Positions 1 to 10,292 of a stretch of 64,000 bases of DNA are shown here, one piece after another. The stretch is from a virus: positions 7,758 to 71,757 of IMG/VR virus record IMGVR_UViG_3300024301_000013. One strand, written 5' to 3'. The notes beneath the pieces were generated by a model. It was not told where the DNA came from, did no database searches, and was given only the letters and a program-made list of their open reading frames with translations. A program made the translations under genes and the position numbers. Position 1 is the stretch's first letter. Every line of letters starts with the position of its first letter.

Positions 1-3000
1 GTATCTCTGGTTTAAAGCAAACGAAGAGTGGGTGGACGGCGGAATTAAACTTGTTAATGTATAAATCCGTGTTATAATTAATCCCTTGGCTGTCTTGGTA
101 ATTATCGACTATAGAACAGTTAATAACATATTCAACTTTTATAAAGTCAACAAAAATCCCCTTTTTTAAATTTCTAACCTTTGTCTTAATATTCTTCCAT
201 TGTTCAATATCATCCAGAATGGCAAATATATCGCCGTCCAACACCTTCTGATTAACTGTAAGCAAACTTTTACTATCAAGCCCTAAAAGAAAGTTTTTAA
301 TAAGGGTTTTATTCCTTGTTTTCATCACGTTGTTAATCTTAGACATATCAACTTCACCGATTTCACAAGTAGCAAAAGTAGTTGTAGGACTTAAACTATC
401 TTTATCGTCTTTAGACTTACCTGTATTAACATAATAAACAGTATCACCTAATTCAATATCCAAGTTATTATTAATTAACAATTCCATGTGTACTTGTCTA
501 TTCAGTGGAGCACCGTTTTTATTTGTGCCTTGAATATGTTGCAAATATTCTGCTTTTGTCTTTTTAATCTTTGCCTTGGATGCTATCAATTTAAGATCAA
601 TTCTTTTCTCTTCAATCTTCCGAATATAATCCCAATAAGCGTTAATAAAGTCTAAAGGTTTATTTTGCATCAACTTCACTACTTCTTTTTCAACAAATTG
701 AGTAATATATTCAGATTGTGTTTTCTTAATAATTGCTCCACCGATGATTTCCACTTTATTAGTTACTTCACCTGTCTTTTTATCTTTAGCTTCTTTAAGA
801 TAAATGTAATTACCTTTAGAGAAATTAATTACAGATTCTACAATCTCATCAATATCTAAACCCATAATACCTTTCATATACAAATCATTATATTCAGCTA
901 CGTGAGCTGCAATACCTGTATATTCTTTCCCTTTAGTTACCAACCAGTTAATACCTTTTCCTATATATTGATATTCTAAGTCAGCTGTATTAATTGAAAA
1001 GAATACACCGTCAGTGTGGGCAATAGTAGCGATATAACCTTTCTTAGTAAACCATTTTATCAAATGCCTCAAGTGTTGTCTTCCAGTACAAGTAATACCT
1101 TGAGCCACAACCAAATCAGCAAAAGGAGTTACACCAGCAGCACCCATCATACCATAGAAACTATTGATAAGGATTTTAATAGGTAACTGTCTTACTTCAT
1201 ACTTTTTACTTAAAGACATTTCACCTTTTTCTTTATGCTCATTCATCAACTTCTTATACTTAATCCTAGTGGACCAACCATAATACATAAACAGTTTATA
1301 AACGCCGTACAAATCAATTTTAGGGGAATCAACGTGTACATAGAACTCCGCTGGATACAGTGATGAGAAGTCAGCTTTAAAAGACTTACCGTGGTATCCA
1401 GCTGATAACATAGCTACAAGACCACCTGTAAATTCTCTTGGTTCATCATAATCAGGTACAGCTAAACCATATTGATATGAGTAAGCTGAAAGCAATAGTT
1501 TCCAAACAGATGCACCACCCATAGTTGCAGATCTTTGATAAGAAGTAGGCAACCATTTAGAAATCAAAAAAGTAGCTTGACTATAAAATTCATCTAATTT
1601 ATTTGTTTCCCATAAATCATCAATCAAATACCTTTTAATGATATCTTCACCCGTTGTAATAATGTATTCATTCAAATCCTTTTCAGGGTAGAATAAGTTA
1701 ACATTATTAAGGTTAGACCTCAAATCTTTCAGCTTATTATAAACTTTCTGATAAGTTACAATATCTTCTTTTTCTAACCATTTACCTACAAACTCATTTT
1801 TTCTAAAGCAAAGTTTATCGTAATCTTTAAACTTACTATAAACATTATTAAAGAAACCATCAATATCATCAGGTGTAAACTTCAAAGTATTTACACAAGA
1901 TTCCATAAACATTTTATCATATTCTTCATCCCAAAGATATAAGGTATCTTCATTACCATATACTTGAGTATGTAAAGATTTTCTCTTTACCTTACTTTGC
2001 TCATAAGTATCATTTTCAAATACAATCTCTTTATGGTATTTGAACCAGTCGCCATTATTTACATTCAAATAAAAATCAGCTTTTGAATTCTCAATGTCCC
2101 CGATTTTATTACCTTCTACATAAACACGATTAGGTTTAGCTAATTTGGCGAACTTAATGTTATCTTTAAGTTTGAAGTTAGGGATTGCTTTATTAATAGC
2201 AGCAGCCCTTTTTACCGCAAACATAGTATCACACATATTAATACCTAAGATACTTGTTTGAGTATAACTTTCACTGCTACCACCTACTTTAAGATTACCA
2301 GCCCTCCGATTAAACATTTGATTTTTCGAAATGTAAATTTCTTCGGGGTTTACGTAATATTCTTTCAATAAATCCCTGATACCATTGTAAGTTTGGTATT
2401 CATCTTGGAAATTCTTTAGAATTTCGTAACGTTTAACTATGAAAGGAAAATCAAAGCCTTCGCCGTTATATGTTAAGAACAGGTCAGGGTTTAATTCCAT
2501 TGTCAACTTAAAGAATTCTTCAATTATCTGAAGCTCTTCTTCTTGGTTAGTGGCATTTAATACTTTTTCAAAACCGTTATTACAGTACATACCGATTTTA
2601 AAAATCATACCCATAGTGGGATGAAGAGCAGCATCTTTTCTATGAGAAAATTCAGGTAAACCTTTTGTTTCTATATCCATTGTTAGACTTTTTAACTCTG
2701 GATATTCTTCGAATCCTTTGAATAATCTTTTTCCACTCTGAATCATATATTGTTCAATTGTGGAAATTTTATAAAAGAGACGGTCTTCACCTACAAACAA
2801 ATCAATACCATTTTCTATAAACAAGGCGTTAAGATTTGCAAATCCTTTTTTAGAATCAAAGGAGAATCCATCTTGAATCATCATCATTAACTTTGTATCG
2901 TCAATTTTAAGTTTAAGATGTTTTGCAAATTTATCTGCATGTTGCACCAAGAAATCTAAATCATTGTTTCTAATTTTCTTTTCGTAGAAGTCAAATATTT

Positions 3001-3889
3001 TAGATGCCCTTACATTTTCATTAAAAATGGTAAAGGTTAAATGAATTAATTCTTCGTAATCTATCTCGCTGCTTATTTTAAGAATATCTTGGTCAAGATA
3101 TTGGTTGTCTTCATTATTAGCATCAATGAAAGAAAAGAGAAATGGTTTAGCTGGAAAACCAAAGAAAAAGAGTAATTTTTGGAAATTAGTTGAAGTTTTC
3201 CAAAACTCTTTTAGTTTTTCAGAATCTAAAAATACACCTGACCTTTTCCATATATCTAAACCACCTTCACGGAAAAAATCAATAAGGTTATTGAAGCTAC
3301 CGTTGATTTTTTTTAATTCACCTCTTTTATTATAACAGAATAGGGGGTTATCGTAATTAGTTTCTTTTTCAGGTGCATTAATATGCACAAGATATTTAAA
3401 CCCGTTTTCCATCCGATCGTATTTATCGGACTCGTTGATATGGGTTATCTGTTCTGTTATTTCAATATTGTATTGCTTCATTTTATTGAAGCAAAGCCTT
3501 CTTCTATCTTTAACATCAGATAGAAAGCGTCTTACAATATATTCGTTTTCATCTTGAGATTTGCTTACTATTTCTAATTGATCTTTAATAAGTTCTTGTG
3601 ACTTATTTTCATAAAAGATAGAATTAGTTTCTTCATTGTAATCGGTGTGGTGGACGGCGAAATATTCCCAAAGAAAATCTCTATCAAAATCAAAACCCTT
3701 AAACCACATAAAAGGTCTAAAAGTATCTTTCTTGATCGTAACATCTTCATCATTTTGTTTACGGACGAATATTTTTACTTCATTCGAAAAATTATTAGAA
3801 TCAATGTAACGTATGCCTTCTTCAGGGTCAAACCCGTGTAGTAACGATTCAATATCTTCGATTTTTAATCTTTTTAAATCTCCTTTCAT
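1..3889 (-). CDS. polB: Family B DNA polymerase (T4 gp43-like), 3' end beyond window, >1290 aa
   Basis: Manual translation from ATG 3889 (MKGDLKRLKIEDIESLLHGFDPEEG); same frame confirmed at ExoI MDIETKG (~2680), ExoII TYNGEGFDFPF, ExoIII RYLIDDLWET, motif A DFSSLYP (~1372), motif B KILINSFYG (~1165), motif C HTDG (1007-1018) and at the left edge. Not in the ORF track because it has no stop in the window. Confidence 0.95.
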   Translation of the reverse strand, partial: MKGDLKRLKIEDIESLLHGFDPEEGIRYIDSNNFSNEVKIFVRKQNDEDVTIKKDTFRPFMWFKGFDFDRDFLWEYFAVHHTDYNEETNSIFYENKSQELIKDQLEIVSKSQDENEYIVRRFLSDVKDRRRLCFNKMKQYNIEITEQITHINESDKYDRMENGFKYLVHINAPEKETNYDNPLFCYNKRGELKKINGSFNNLIDFFREGGLDIWKRSGVFLDSEKLKEFWKTSTNFQKLLFFFGFPAKPFLFSFIDANNEDNQYLDQDILKISSEIDYEELIHLTFTIFNENVRASKIFDFYEKKIRNNDLDFLVQHADKFAKHLKLKIDDTKLMMMIQDGFSFDSKKGFANLNALFIENGIDLFVGEDRLFYKISTIEQYMIQSGKRLFKGFEEYPELKSLTMDIETKGLPEFSHRKDAALHPTMGMIFKIGMYCNNGFEKVLNATNQEEELQIIEEFFKLTMELNPDLFLTYNGEGFDFPFIVKRYEILKNFQDEYQTYNGIRDLLKEYYVNPEEIYISKNQMFNRRAGNLKVGGSSESYTQTSILGINMCDTMFAVKRAAAINKAIPNFKLKDNIKFAKLAKPNRVYVEGNKIGDIENSKADFYLNVNNGDWFKYHKEIVFENDTYEQSKVKRKSLHTQVYGNEDTLYLWDEEYDKMFMESCVNTLKFTPDDIDGFFNNVYSKFKDYDKLCFRKNEFVGKWLEKEDIVTYQKVYNKLKDLRSNLNNVNLFYPEKDLNEYIITTGEDIIKRYLIDDLWETNKLDEFYSQATFLISKWLPTSYQRSATMGGASVWKLLLSAYSYQYGLAVPDYDEPREFTGGLVAMLSAGYHGKSFKADFSSLYPAEFYVHVDSPKIDLYGVYKLFMYYGWSTRIKYKKLMNEHKEKGEMSLSKKYEVRQLPIKILINSFYGMMGAAGVTPFADLVVAQGITCTGRQHLRHLIKWFTKKGYIATIAHTDGVFFSINTADLEYQYIGKGINWLVTKGKEYTGIAAHVAEYNDLYMKGIMGLDIDEIVESVINFSKGNYIYLKEAKDKKTGEVTNKVEIIGGAIIKKTQSEYITQFVEKEVVKLMQNKPLDFINAYWDYIRKIEEKRIDLKLIASKAKIKKTKAEYLQHIQGTNKNGAPLNRQVHMELLINNNLDIELGDTVYYVNTGKSKDDKDSLSPTTTFATCEIGEVDMSKINNVMKTRNKTLIKNFLLGLDSKSLLTVNQKVLDGDIFAILDDIEQWKNIKTKVRNLKKGIFVDFIKVEYVINCSIVDNYQDSQGINYNTDLYINKFNSAVHPLFVCFKPEI

Positions 3890-3908
3890 AACATAATACA
3901 ATTTGTCA

Positions 3909-3939
3909 CAAAGGTACGATAAAAAATCAAATAGTCAAA
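3909..3939 (-). promoter_or_regulatory. Bacteroidota sigma70-type promoter upstream of DNA polymerase
   Basis: Minus strand TTTG (3939-3936), 19 nt, TACCTTTG (3916-3909); matches the -33/-7 Bacteroidota consensus. Confidence 0.75.
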
Positions 3940-3944
3940 CTATT

Positions 3945-4298
3945 TTACAAAATAGTTATGTTGAGGGGTTCTCTGATTGGAGCTATTAAAGTAGTTTGGT
4001 CATCATTGAAGGTTATTTCAAACCATCCTTTGTATTTACCTTTTTTCATATTATCTTCACTTGTCCACTTGTATTGTATATAGACTTTTTCGTGACAAGT
4101 GCTACACTCTTGTTCTACTAAAATACAACAAGGAGCACATTGTATAAACGGAATACAACTACCAACCTCTTCCATGTGAAAAGTAATAACAGCGTTCTGT
4201 AAACGCTCATTCATGCTTTTATTAGAAGTAATGCCGTTTTGTATCAACTCCATAGTTAATACAGGTAAATTAGAATGTTGTTTTATATAAAAATTCAT
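3945..4298 (-). CDS. Virion protein, BppU N-terminal/Ig-like baseplate domain
   Basis: FYIKQ..LP.L start and YKWTSED...GKYKGWFEITF end resemble BppU-like domains. Confidence 0.55.
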   Translation of the reverse strand: MNFYIKQHSNLPVLTMELIQNGITSNKSMNERLQNAVITFHMEEVGSCIPFIQCAPCCILVEQECSTCHEKVYIQYKWTSEDNMKKGKYKGWFEITFNDDQTTLIAPIREPLNITIL

Positions 4299-4309
4299 TT
4301 CAAGTTCTT

Positions 4310-5956
4310 TTAAGAGTTGTATATATCGTAATTACATTTTATTACTTGATAATCCAAAGGGACATCATAAAGACAGAAAGATTTTATCTTCCCAATAAAA
4401 GTACCAGCAAAATTTTCTTCTAAAACACCACAAATATTGTTATCTGTTACAAATTTAAAACAGTTAGTTTTATGTAAGGAGTTTTGAGAATAATCAGGTA
4501 AATTAGGGTTACAACAACCCCCTGTTATATCTTCATCAATATCAACAGAATAATATACTTTCTCAAAATCATCTAATACAAATCTATTTGTAAATTCAAC
4601 GTAATGTGAAGTTTCCTTTGTTTGAATTGAAATAAATCTATCATCTAAGAGTGAGCTATAAAAAGATATTATTTCATCTTTTTGTGTGAAATCAAAATCA
4701 GTAACAGTAAAATAATCAACCCCATTAATTCTAACCCCTTTAAAGAATTGATTTTTCTTTAGATAAAATTGATAATCACAAACTTCATATTCAGTTGGTA
4801 CATCAGTTGGCATTTCTAATAAACCTTGAGTTCCGCCACCAATACTGATATTGTAAGGCACACCTAATTGTTTAGAAGGTAAATCATCAAAAGGTTCAGG
4901 TACAATGTTAGGGAAATTATATTCCCTCAATTTCAAAAAGCCATCAACGTATATGCTTAATGTACCAAAAGATTGTTCTTTGGGTTTACATATATGTGGG
5001 TTATCGCTTTGAAATTTAATTGTAACTAAATGATAATTTTCGTCTGTAAATATATTTTCAGTACTATATTTTTCAAATATTAATAAGTCTTCTTCAAATT
5101 TACCATCAACACAAGTACCTGAAGTTGCAAGGTATCTATATCCTATTTTACCTTCATCTGTTATTCTAAAGGCTAAGGCGTTGTATTTTAAGTTATCACA
5201 ACAATCAGGAAGTGTAAAAGTTACTCCAGTTGCATTCAAATAGAAATCACTTAGACTAGGGCAATTAAAAAATAAAAAAGGTGAAGTATCGCTTGGTGGC
5301 TTTATATGTGAAGTTTCTTCTATAATAGAGTTTAAGAATGTTACACCGCTAGATACTTCGTAGGATAAGATATGTTCTTTAAGGGAGCAGAACTTATTTT
5401 CAGCTCTTGTTCCATAGTAATAGAATATACCTTCGTTATTAGGATAAGTTTCATTTAGAGTGGGTAATTCAGAGTCACAAGTACATCCGCTTTTAGCCAA
5501 ATAGAATTCAGCAGTCCAACCGTCCACAAAATGCTCTGGGAGCGTTTGGTACTCATAACCTTCTAACTTATAGAAGCCCTGATAGAAACCCCCGCACAAC
5601 TGAACTGTGGAGCCACTAAGCACATCGTAGCAAAAGTTTTCGCCGTCCACCTGCTTAACAAAAAATCTCTTTTCGCCGTCCAACCCCCAATCAGAATCAA
5701 TACTATCAGAAAATCTATTATCATAACCTGTAATACCAAAATTAGGTATGGTAACACCACTAGCAGATATAGCACCAATCCATTCATTATCGACATATAC
5801 AGTCCCCAATGAATTGAAGTTCATACAAATAATTGGTTCTACTACATCATTACAATTACAAATAGCATCATATTCAGATACCTGTATGTCGTAATAATCT
5901 TTATTAGATAACTTCAAATCTAATAATGTCGCGTATTTTCTATTGATATATGCCAA
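4310..5956 (-). CDS. Putative virion structural protein, LamG/ConA-like segments, Cys-rich
   Basis: Long ORF; YHLVTIKF..GTLSIYVDG and FIGKIKSFCLYDVPL are LamG-like. Start moved to TTG 5956 to avoid overlap with the divergent gene. Confidence 0.55.
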   Translation of the reverse strand: MAYINRKYATLLDLKLSNKDYYDIQVSEYDAICNCNDVVEPIICMNFNSLGTVYVDNEWIGAISASGVTIPNFGITGYDNRFSDSIDSDWGLDGEKRFFVKQVDGENFCYDVLSGSTVQLCGGFYQGFYKLEGYEYQTLPEHFVDGWTAEFYLAKSGCTCDSELPTLNETYPNNEGIFYYYGTRAENKFCSLKEHILSYEVSSGVTFLNSIIEETSHIKPPSDTSPFLFFNCPSLSDFYLNATGVTFTLPDCCDNLKYNALAFRITDEGKIGYRYLATSGTCVDGKFEEDLLIFEKYSTENIFTDENYHLVTIKFQSDNPHICKPKEQSFGTLSIYVDGFLKLREYNFPNIVPEPFDDLPSKQLGVPYNISIGGGTQGLLEMPTDVPTEYEVCDYQFYLKKNQFFKGVRINGVDYFTVTDFDFTQKDEIISFYSSLLDDRFISIQTKETSHYVEFTNRFVLDDFEKVYYSVDIDEDITGGCCNPNLPDYSQNSLHKTNCFKFVTDNNICGVLEENFAGTFIGKIKSFCLYDVPLDYQVIKCNYDIYNS

Positions 5957-5990
5957 GTCATTATATTTATTACATATAAATAAACGGAAA

Positions 5991-6440
5991 ATGAAAATTA
6001 TTGTATCTGAAATTTTATTGAATGAAATTATAAATGCAGATCTATCTATTATAGGAGGAGATATGCCCACATCTAATAAAGAAGTAAAGCTGTCAAGAAT
6101 AAGAAAGACACCACAACCTACTTCAGATGATTTCGTGACTCAAGCAAGTCAATTTACACAAACATACCCTAACGGTTGGTTTGTAAGAGAACAAGAAGAA
6201 AATGAAGAAGAACAAGAAACAAGACCAACAGATAAAATCAGTGAACTTAATATCCTAGACCTATTAAATGAAAAGGGATTGAAACAAGCTACTTTAACTT
6301 TCAAGACTAATCTATTTAATGTAAAAGACGATAACTTAAATGAAGTGATAGCTATTGTTTTAAACGATATTTTTAAAGAAGTTGATTGGAATGAAATGCC
6401 TGAAAATTATAAAAAAGAACTAGCTCAATACCTTAAATAA
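5991..6440 (+). CDS. Hypothetical protein (possible head-internal protein)
   Basis: ORF; likely start ATG 5991 (MKIIVSEILLNE) downstream of ATATTTAT. Confidence 0.6.
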   Translation: MKIIVSEILLNEIINADLSIIGGDMPTSNKEVKLSRIRKTPQPTSDDFVTQASQFTQTYPNGWFVREQEENEEEQETRPTDKISELNILDLLNEKGLKQATLTFKTNLFNVKDDNLNEVIAIVLNDIFKEVDWNEMPENYKKELAQYLK

Positions 6441-6548
6441 AATATATAAAAGTACAAACTTTAGATATATTATTATATAAGAATAGTGAAAAACCAAAAG
6501 TTTAAAAAAACATACCTTAACAACTTATTAATCAATTAATTATATATT

Positions 6549-6980
6549 ATGGCAAATAGTAAATTAATCGGAAAAAACGTTCCATTTCCTGAAAATTTAC
6601 TTCCTTCTATGAGAAGAAATTTAGGGGATAATTTAGAGTTTGCAACCCAGATAAATAACTTCATTGAGGATAGGAATGTTAGTTACGATGATTTAAGGAA
6701 TATAGTTAAAAATTACCATACATATTCTACAGAAGAAAAGTTACAACACGGTGGAGATCTTTTTTATAGATGGGCTGTTGCTACTTTAAATCGTTTAACT
6801 AGGGTTGTAAAAAGAAGTAAAGAAAATTTATCTTTAGCTGGAAAGAATAATGCTTATATAAAGCAACATGAAAAGAATGTTACGGGTAAGGCTAATACTG
6901 AAAAACCCTTATATGAATCACCTAAAAAAATAAAGAAAATATATATATCTGAAACAATCTTTAAAAAATTAAAAAAATAA
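6549..6980 (+). CDS. Hypothetical protein
   Basis: ORF track, co-oriented gene run. Confidence 0.65.
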   Translation: MANSKLIGKNVPFPENLLPSMRRNLGDNLEFATQINNFIEDRNVSYDDLRNIVKNYHTYSTEEKLQHGGDLFYRWAVATLNRLTRVVKRSKENLSLAGKNNAYIKQHEKNVTGKANTEKPLYESPKKIKKIYISETIFKKLKK

Positions 6981-6985
6981 ATATT

Positions 6986-7297
6986 ATGTCAACTTGTTCA
7001 AGATTAGAAGAAATAGCAAAGGCAACTAGAGAAGACCTTTTAATTAAAAATGTTTACCAAGACCAATCAGGTTTGAAATACGATCAGACACATAGAAATG
7101 CTACACAAGCAATGGGTGGCGTAGATGATCCAAATAATTTCAAGGGAAAGGGTACTGGTGGATCTTTTGACACTAGCAATGGCGGTAGTATCGTTGATAT
7201 TAACGGTTTACCATCTGTTATTGGAAGTGGTAGAAACGCCATTTTTAGTGTTAATCAGTATAACCCAGATAACAAATACGATTGTTTTGCGCAATAA
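6986..7297 (+). CDS. Hypothetical Gly-rich protein, probably virion
   Basis: ORF track, 5-nt spacing from previous gene. Confidence 0.65.
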   Translation: MSTCSRLEEIAKATREDLLIKNVYQDQSGLKYDQTHRNATQAMGGVDDPNNFKGKGTGGSFDTSNGGSIVDINGLPSVIGSGRNAIFSVNQYNPDNKYDCFAQ

Positions 7298-7318
7298 TTT
7301 AAAAAAATACCTATATTT

Positions 7319-7753
7319 GTGAAAAGTTTTAAAGACACTGTAAGTGAAATCTTACTTGAAGCCCCTAGAGTCGGTGAAGTTGTAGACACAATATTTGGGC
7401 GTAAATTAGTCAAAATAAACTATCTGGGTGATGAAAATGAACCAGAGGGTGAAAGATTAATTGAACCTTATTTGATTGGTAGAACTGTCACTGGAAAGTT
7501 GGCTATTAGGGCTTATCAAAGAAATGGTTTCACTAAAACAGATCAACCAGATTGGAAGATATTTGTTATAGATAAAATAACAAGGTGGGAACCACAAAAA
7601 GAAAGTTTTGATGTCAGAACAGATTATAATCGTAATGGAGATAAAATGTTCAGATTAATAGATAAGAAAGTTCCTCTAAATAAGAGCGCTTTTATAGGCA
7701 AATACTCTTCAATGGTCAAAGATCTTTATAATAAGATAAAATCTAAATTTTAA
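7319..7753 (+). CDS. WYL-domain protein
   Basis: VKINY..GERLIEPYLIG..AIRAYQ..WKIFVIDKI pattern of the WYL SH3-like fold. Confidence 0.75.
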   Translation: MKSFKDTVSEILLEAPRVGEVVDTIFGRKLVKINYLGDENEPEGERLIEPYLIGRTVTGKLAIRAYQRNGFTKTDQPDWKIFVIDKITRWEPQKESFDVRTDYNRNGDKMFRLIDKKVPLNKSAFIGKYSSMVKDLYNKIKSKF

Positions 7754-7754
7754 T

Positions 7755-8090
7755 ATGGGTATTAAAAAAAATATCAGCGATTTTGAAAATAGTGACTTAT
7801 ATGAAGATGAGGAAGATGATTTAGAATTATTAGAGAACGACGATTTTAAAGACATTAATGATGTTAATATAGACGAGAATTATATTACATCATTAACTGA
7901 TAAAATATCTAATAACGAACTGTTAACAGCTTTTTTAATTCAAGATCGAATGGAGGGTGCTATAAGTTCAAATAAAAAAAGTCAATCACATCCTATTGAT
8001 AGTTATTTAAGGGATTTAATATTGGATGTTCTAGTAAAAGATTTCATGCCTTTATTGGAAAAAAAATTAAATTCAGTAAATAAAAAATAA
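7755..8090 (+). CDS. Hypothetical acidic protein
   Basis: ORF track. Confidence 0.6.
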   Translation: MGIKKNISDFENSDLYEDEEDDLELLENDDFKDINDVNIDENYITSLTDKISNNELLTAFLIQDRMEGAISSNKKSQSHPIDSYLRDLILDVLVKDFMPLLEKKLNSVNKK

Positions 8091-8108
8091 TATAAAAAAC
8101 AATAGACT

Positions 8109-8555
8109 ATGAGTAACATAGATAATTTTCTAGCTAGTATTTCACAAGAAGTTAATATTGATCAAAACGAAAAAATTAACGAGAGTAAGAGTGTTAAAAC
8201 AACTAAGCAGAAGAGTAAAAAAAAGAAAGTAGATGAAGAGATTTCTTTTGATACTAATGATCTTTTTGGAGAAAATAATTATGATAATCCATTACCTATA
8301 TGGTCTACTGTAACTGAAAATAATGAAATAATTAATGAAACAGTAGTTACCACTAATGAATCGGTCATTCAAAATGATAATACAGTAGGTGTAGATATAA
8401 AAACAATAAGAGAGGTTATCAGGGAGGAATTAGATGATTATTTTAAACAGAAAATGGTTTTAGAAGAGTCATCTGCTGGTAATGCTCAAATAATATTTTT
8501 AAAAGTAGGTAATAGTTTATTTAAGGGGAATATGGAGTTTGTAAAAAGTGTTTAA
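8109..8555 (+). CDS. Hypothetical protein
   Basis: ORF track. Confidence 0.65.
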   Translation: MSNIDNFLASISQEVNIDQNEKINESKSVKTTKQKSKKKKVDEEISFDTNDLFGENNYDNPLPIWSTVTENNEIINETVVTTNESVIQNDNTVGVDIKTIREVIREELDDYFKQKMVLEESSAGNAQIIFLKVGNSLFKGNMEFVKSV

Positions 8556-9081
8556 TATCCGTAACATCTGATTCTAATAGGTCATACCATTCTCCATTTA
8601 TTTTTTTGAGTTTAAAAATCGAGTGAAACAATCTTTCTAATTTTTTTGAGTCATCTACTGGAAATATATCTACAAAATACCAATCAAAAGGCAATTTAAC
8701 ATTAAAGATAGCATTTCTATTATCAATATTATTTGTTCTACCTATTTTGTAACCTAGATTTGACTTTATAATATACAGGAATTCTTTTTCCTTGTTTGAT
8801 ATATTAATATTAAGATTTAAGTTGTTAATCTCTTCTTGATATTTTAATTTATACAATTGGTTGTCGGATATAAAAATCCAGCAGCCAATTGTTTTAAACG
8901 CCAAAACTTCCTTTTCTATTTCGCCGTCCAACTCAAAATCAAACTCACTATAGGAATACTTAAACATTGCATTCCAAAGTACAGTGAATTCACCTATACA
9001 ATTTTTACTAAAATTTCTTTTACTAAAATACTGATAAGTAAAGCCGTTTGATAATAGAAATTTTTGAGTTATATTTTGCAA
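8521..9081 (-). CDS. GIY-YIG nuclease, T5orf172/MUG113-like
   Basis: FLYIIK..YKIGRT..R..LERLFH..F...INGEWY signature. Confidence 0.8.
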   Translation of the reverse strand: MQNITQKFLLSNGFTYQYFSKRNFSKNCIGEFTVLWNAMFKYSYSEFDFELDGEIEKEVLAFKTIGCWIFISDNQLYKLKYQEEINNLNLNINISNKEKEFLYIIKSNLGYKIGRTNNIDNRNAIFNVKLPFDWYFVDIFPVDDSKKLERLFHSIFKLKKINGEWYDLLESDVTDIKHFLQTPYSP

Positions 9082-9111
9082 TTTTTACTATATTTGATAA
9101 AAATATATTGT

Positions 9112-10251
9112 ATGTCAGGAAATATAAAGAAAATTTTAGTATTACTTCTAAACGATCCTAGTTCAGGTATTAACAAATATAGAATATCTGATCCACACAT
9201 TAAGTTACAGAGCCTTTTTAAAGACGAGTTTTATATTGAAATAGCTGAAGATAGGGAACTTCTAAATATAGAAAGAGTAAAAAAATTTGACGCTATTTTT
9301 TACCATTCTGTTATTGAACAGATTGATGTGATAGCGAATCAAACAGCTTTGATAAAAAGCATGGGTATAAAATTAATTGTTGATATTGACGATTATTTTG
9401 AATATCATGCTTTACATCCTTACTATAGAATAGCCAAGCAAATTAATTTGAGGGACAAGACTTTGAATGCTATTAGAAAAGCTGATTTAGTAACTACCAC
9501 TTCCGAATTTTTCGTTGAAGTATTAAAGAAATTCAATAAAAATGTAGTTTCAATCCCCAATTCTATAAACTTTAAAGAAAAACAGAATCAAATCAATAAC
9601 ATTCCACATGAAACGGTAAATATTGGTTATGTGGCTGGGTCTTCGCATTTAGAGGATATTAAATTATTGAGGGGAGTTATGTCTTCGACCTTAAATAAGA
9701 ATACACAAATGCACTTATGTGGATTTAACAGTGCTAAGGAAACTGCTTTAAATTCTGTATGGCATAAGATGGAAATTGAATTTACAGATAATTACGCTTT
9801 TAAAGATAACAGGTTTATTGAATATCTACATGAATTTACCCAAGAACCTTATCCATATCAAAGTCAAATGAAGTATAAGCGTGTATGGACTAAACCTATC
9901 AATTCATATTGTCAATCTTATGATGAAATTGATATTGCTTTGGCACCATTACAAGATAATAAGTTTAATTACTATAAAAGTAATTTAAAGATGCTTGAAG
10001 CGGGTGTTAAGAAAAAACCCATTATTGTTAGTGGGGTTCAGCCTTATTTGGACGGCGAACATGGAAAAAATTGTTTAATGGTGGATCCAAAAAAGGAGCA
10101 TAAAAATTGGATGAAGTATATAAAACAGTTGGTTGATTCAGAACAAATGAGGATTGATTTAGGTGAAAACTTACATGAACACGTCTTCAATAACTTCAAC
10201 TTAGAAACAACAACTAAATTACGTGCAGAAATTTATAGAAATATTTTGTAG
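9112..10251 (+). CDS. Glycosyltransferase, GT-B fold
   Basis: VDIDDY, ADLVTTTS, IGYVAGSSH, DIALAPL..NKFN..KSNLKMLE; start taken at ATG 9112. Confidence 0.85.
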   Translation: MSGNIKKILVLLLNDPSSGINKYRISDPHIKLQSLFKDEFYIEIAEDRELLNIERVKKFDAIFYHSVIEQIDVIANQTALIKSMGIKLIVDIDDYFEYHALHPYYRIAKQINLRDKTLNAIRKADLVTTTSEFFVEVLKKFNKNVVSIPNSINFKEKQNQINNIPHETVNIGYVAGSSHLEDIKLLRGVMSSTLNKNTQMHLCGFNSAKETALNSVWHKMEIEFTDNYAFKDNRFIEYLHEFTQEPYPYQSQMKYKRVWTKPINSYCQSYDEIDIALAPLQDNKFNYYKSNLKMLEAGVKKKPIIVSGVQPYLDGEHGKNCLMVDPKKEHKNWMKYIKQLVDSEQMRIDLGENLHEHVFNNFNLETTTKLRAEIYRNIL

Positions 10252-10275
10252 TATCATAAAAGGGTTTTACCTTTG
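10245..10275 (+). promoter_or_regulatory. Bacteroidota sigma70-type promoter
   Basis: TTTG-N19-TACCTTTG, 17 nt before ATG 10293. Confidence 0.75.
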
Positions 10276-10292
10276 CAGAAAATTAATAAGAT

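Noticed and set aside
1-3889. Apparent non-coding or fragmented region, or an intein/intron in the polymerase
   Set aside because: It is one minus-strand frame at every motif checked. No intein termini or LAGLIDADG motifs were noticed. The + strand ORFs at 665, 3105 and 3647 are shadows.
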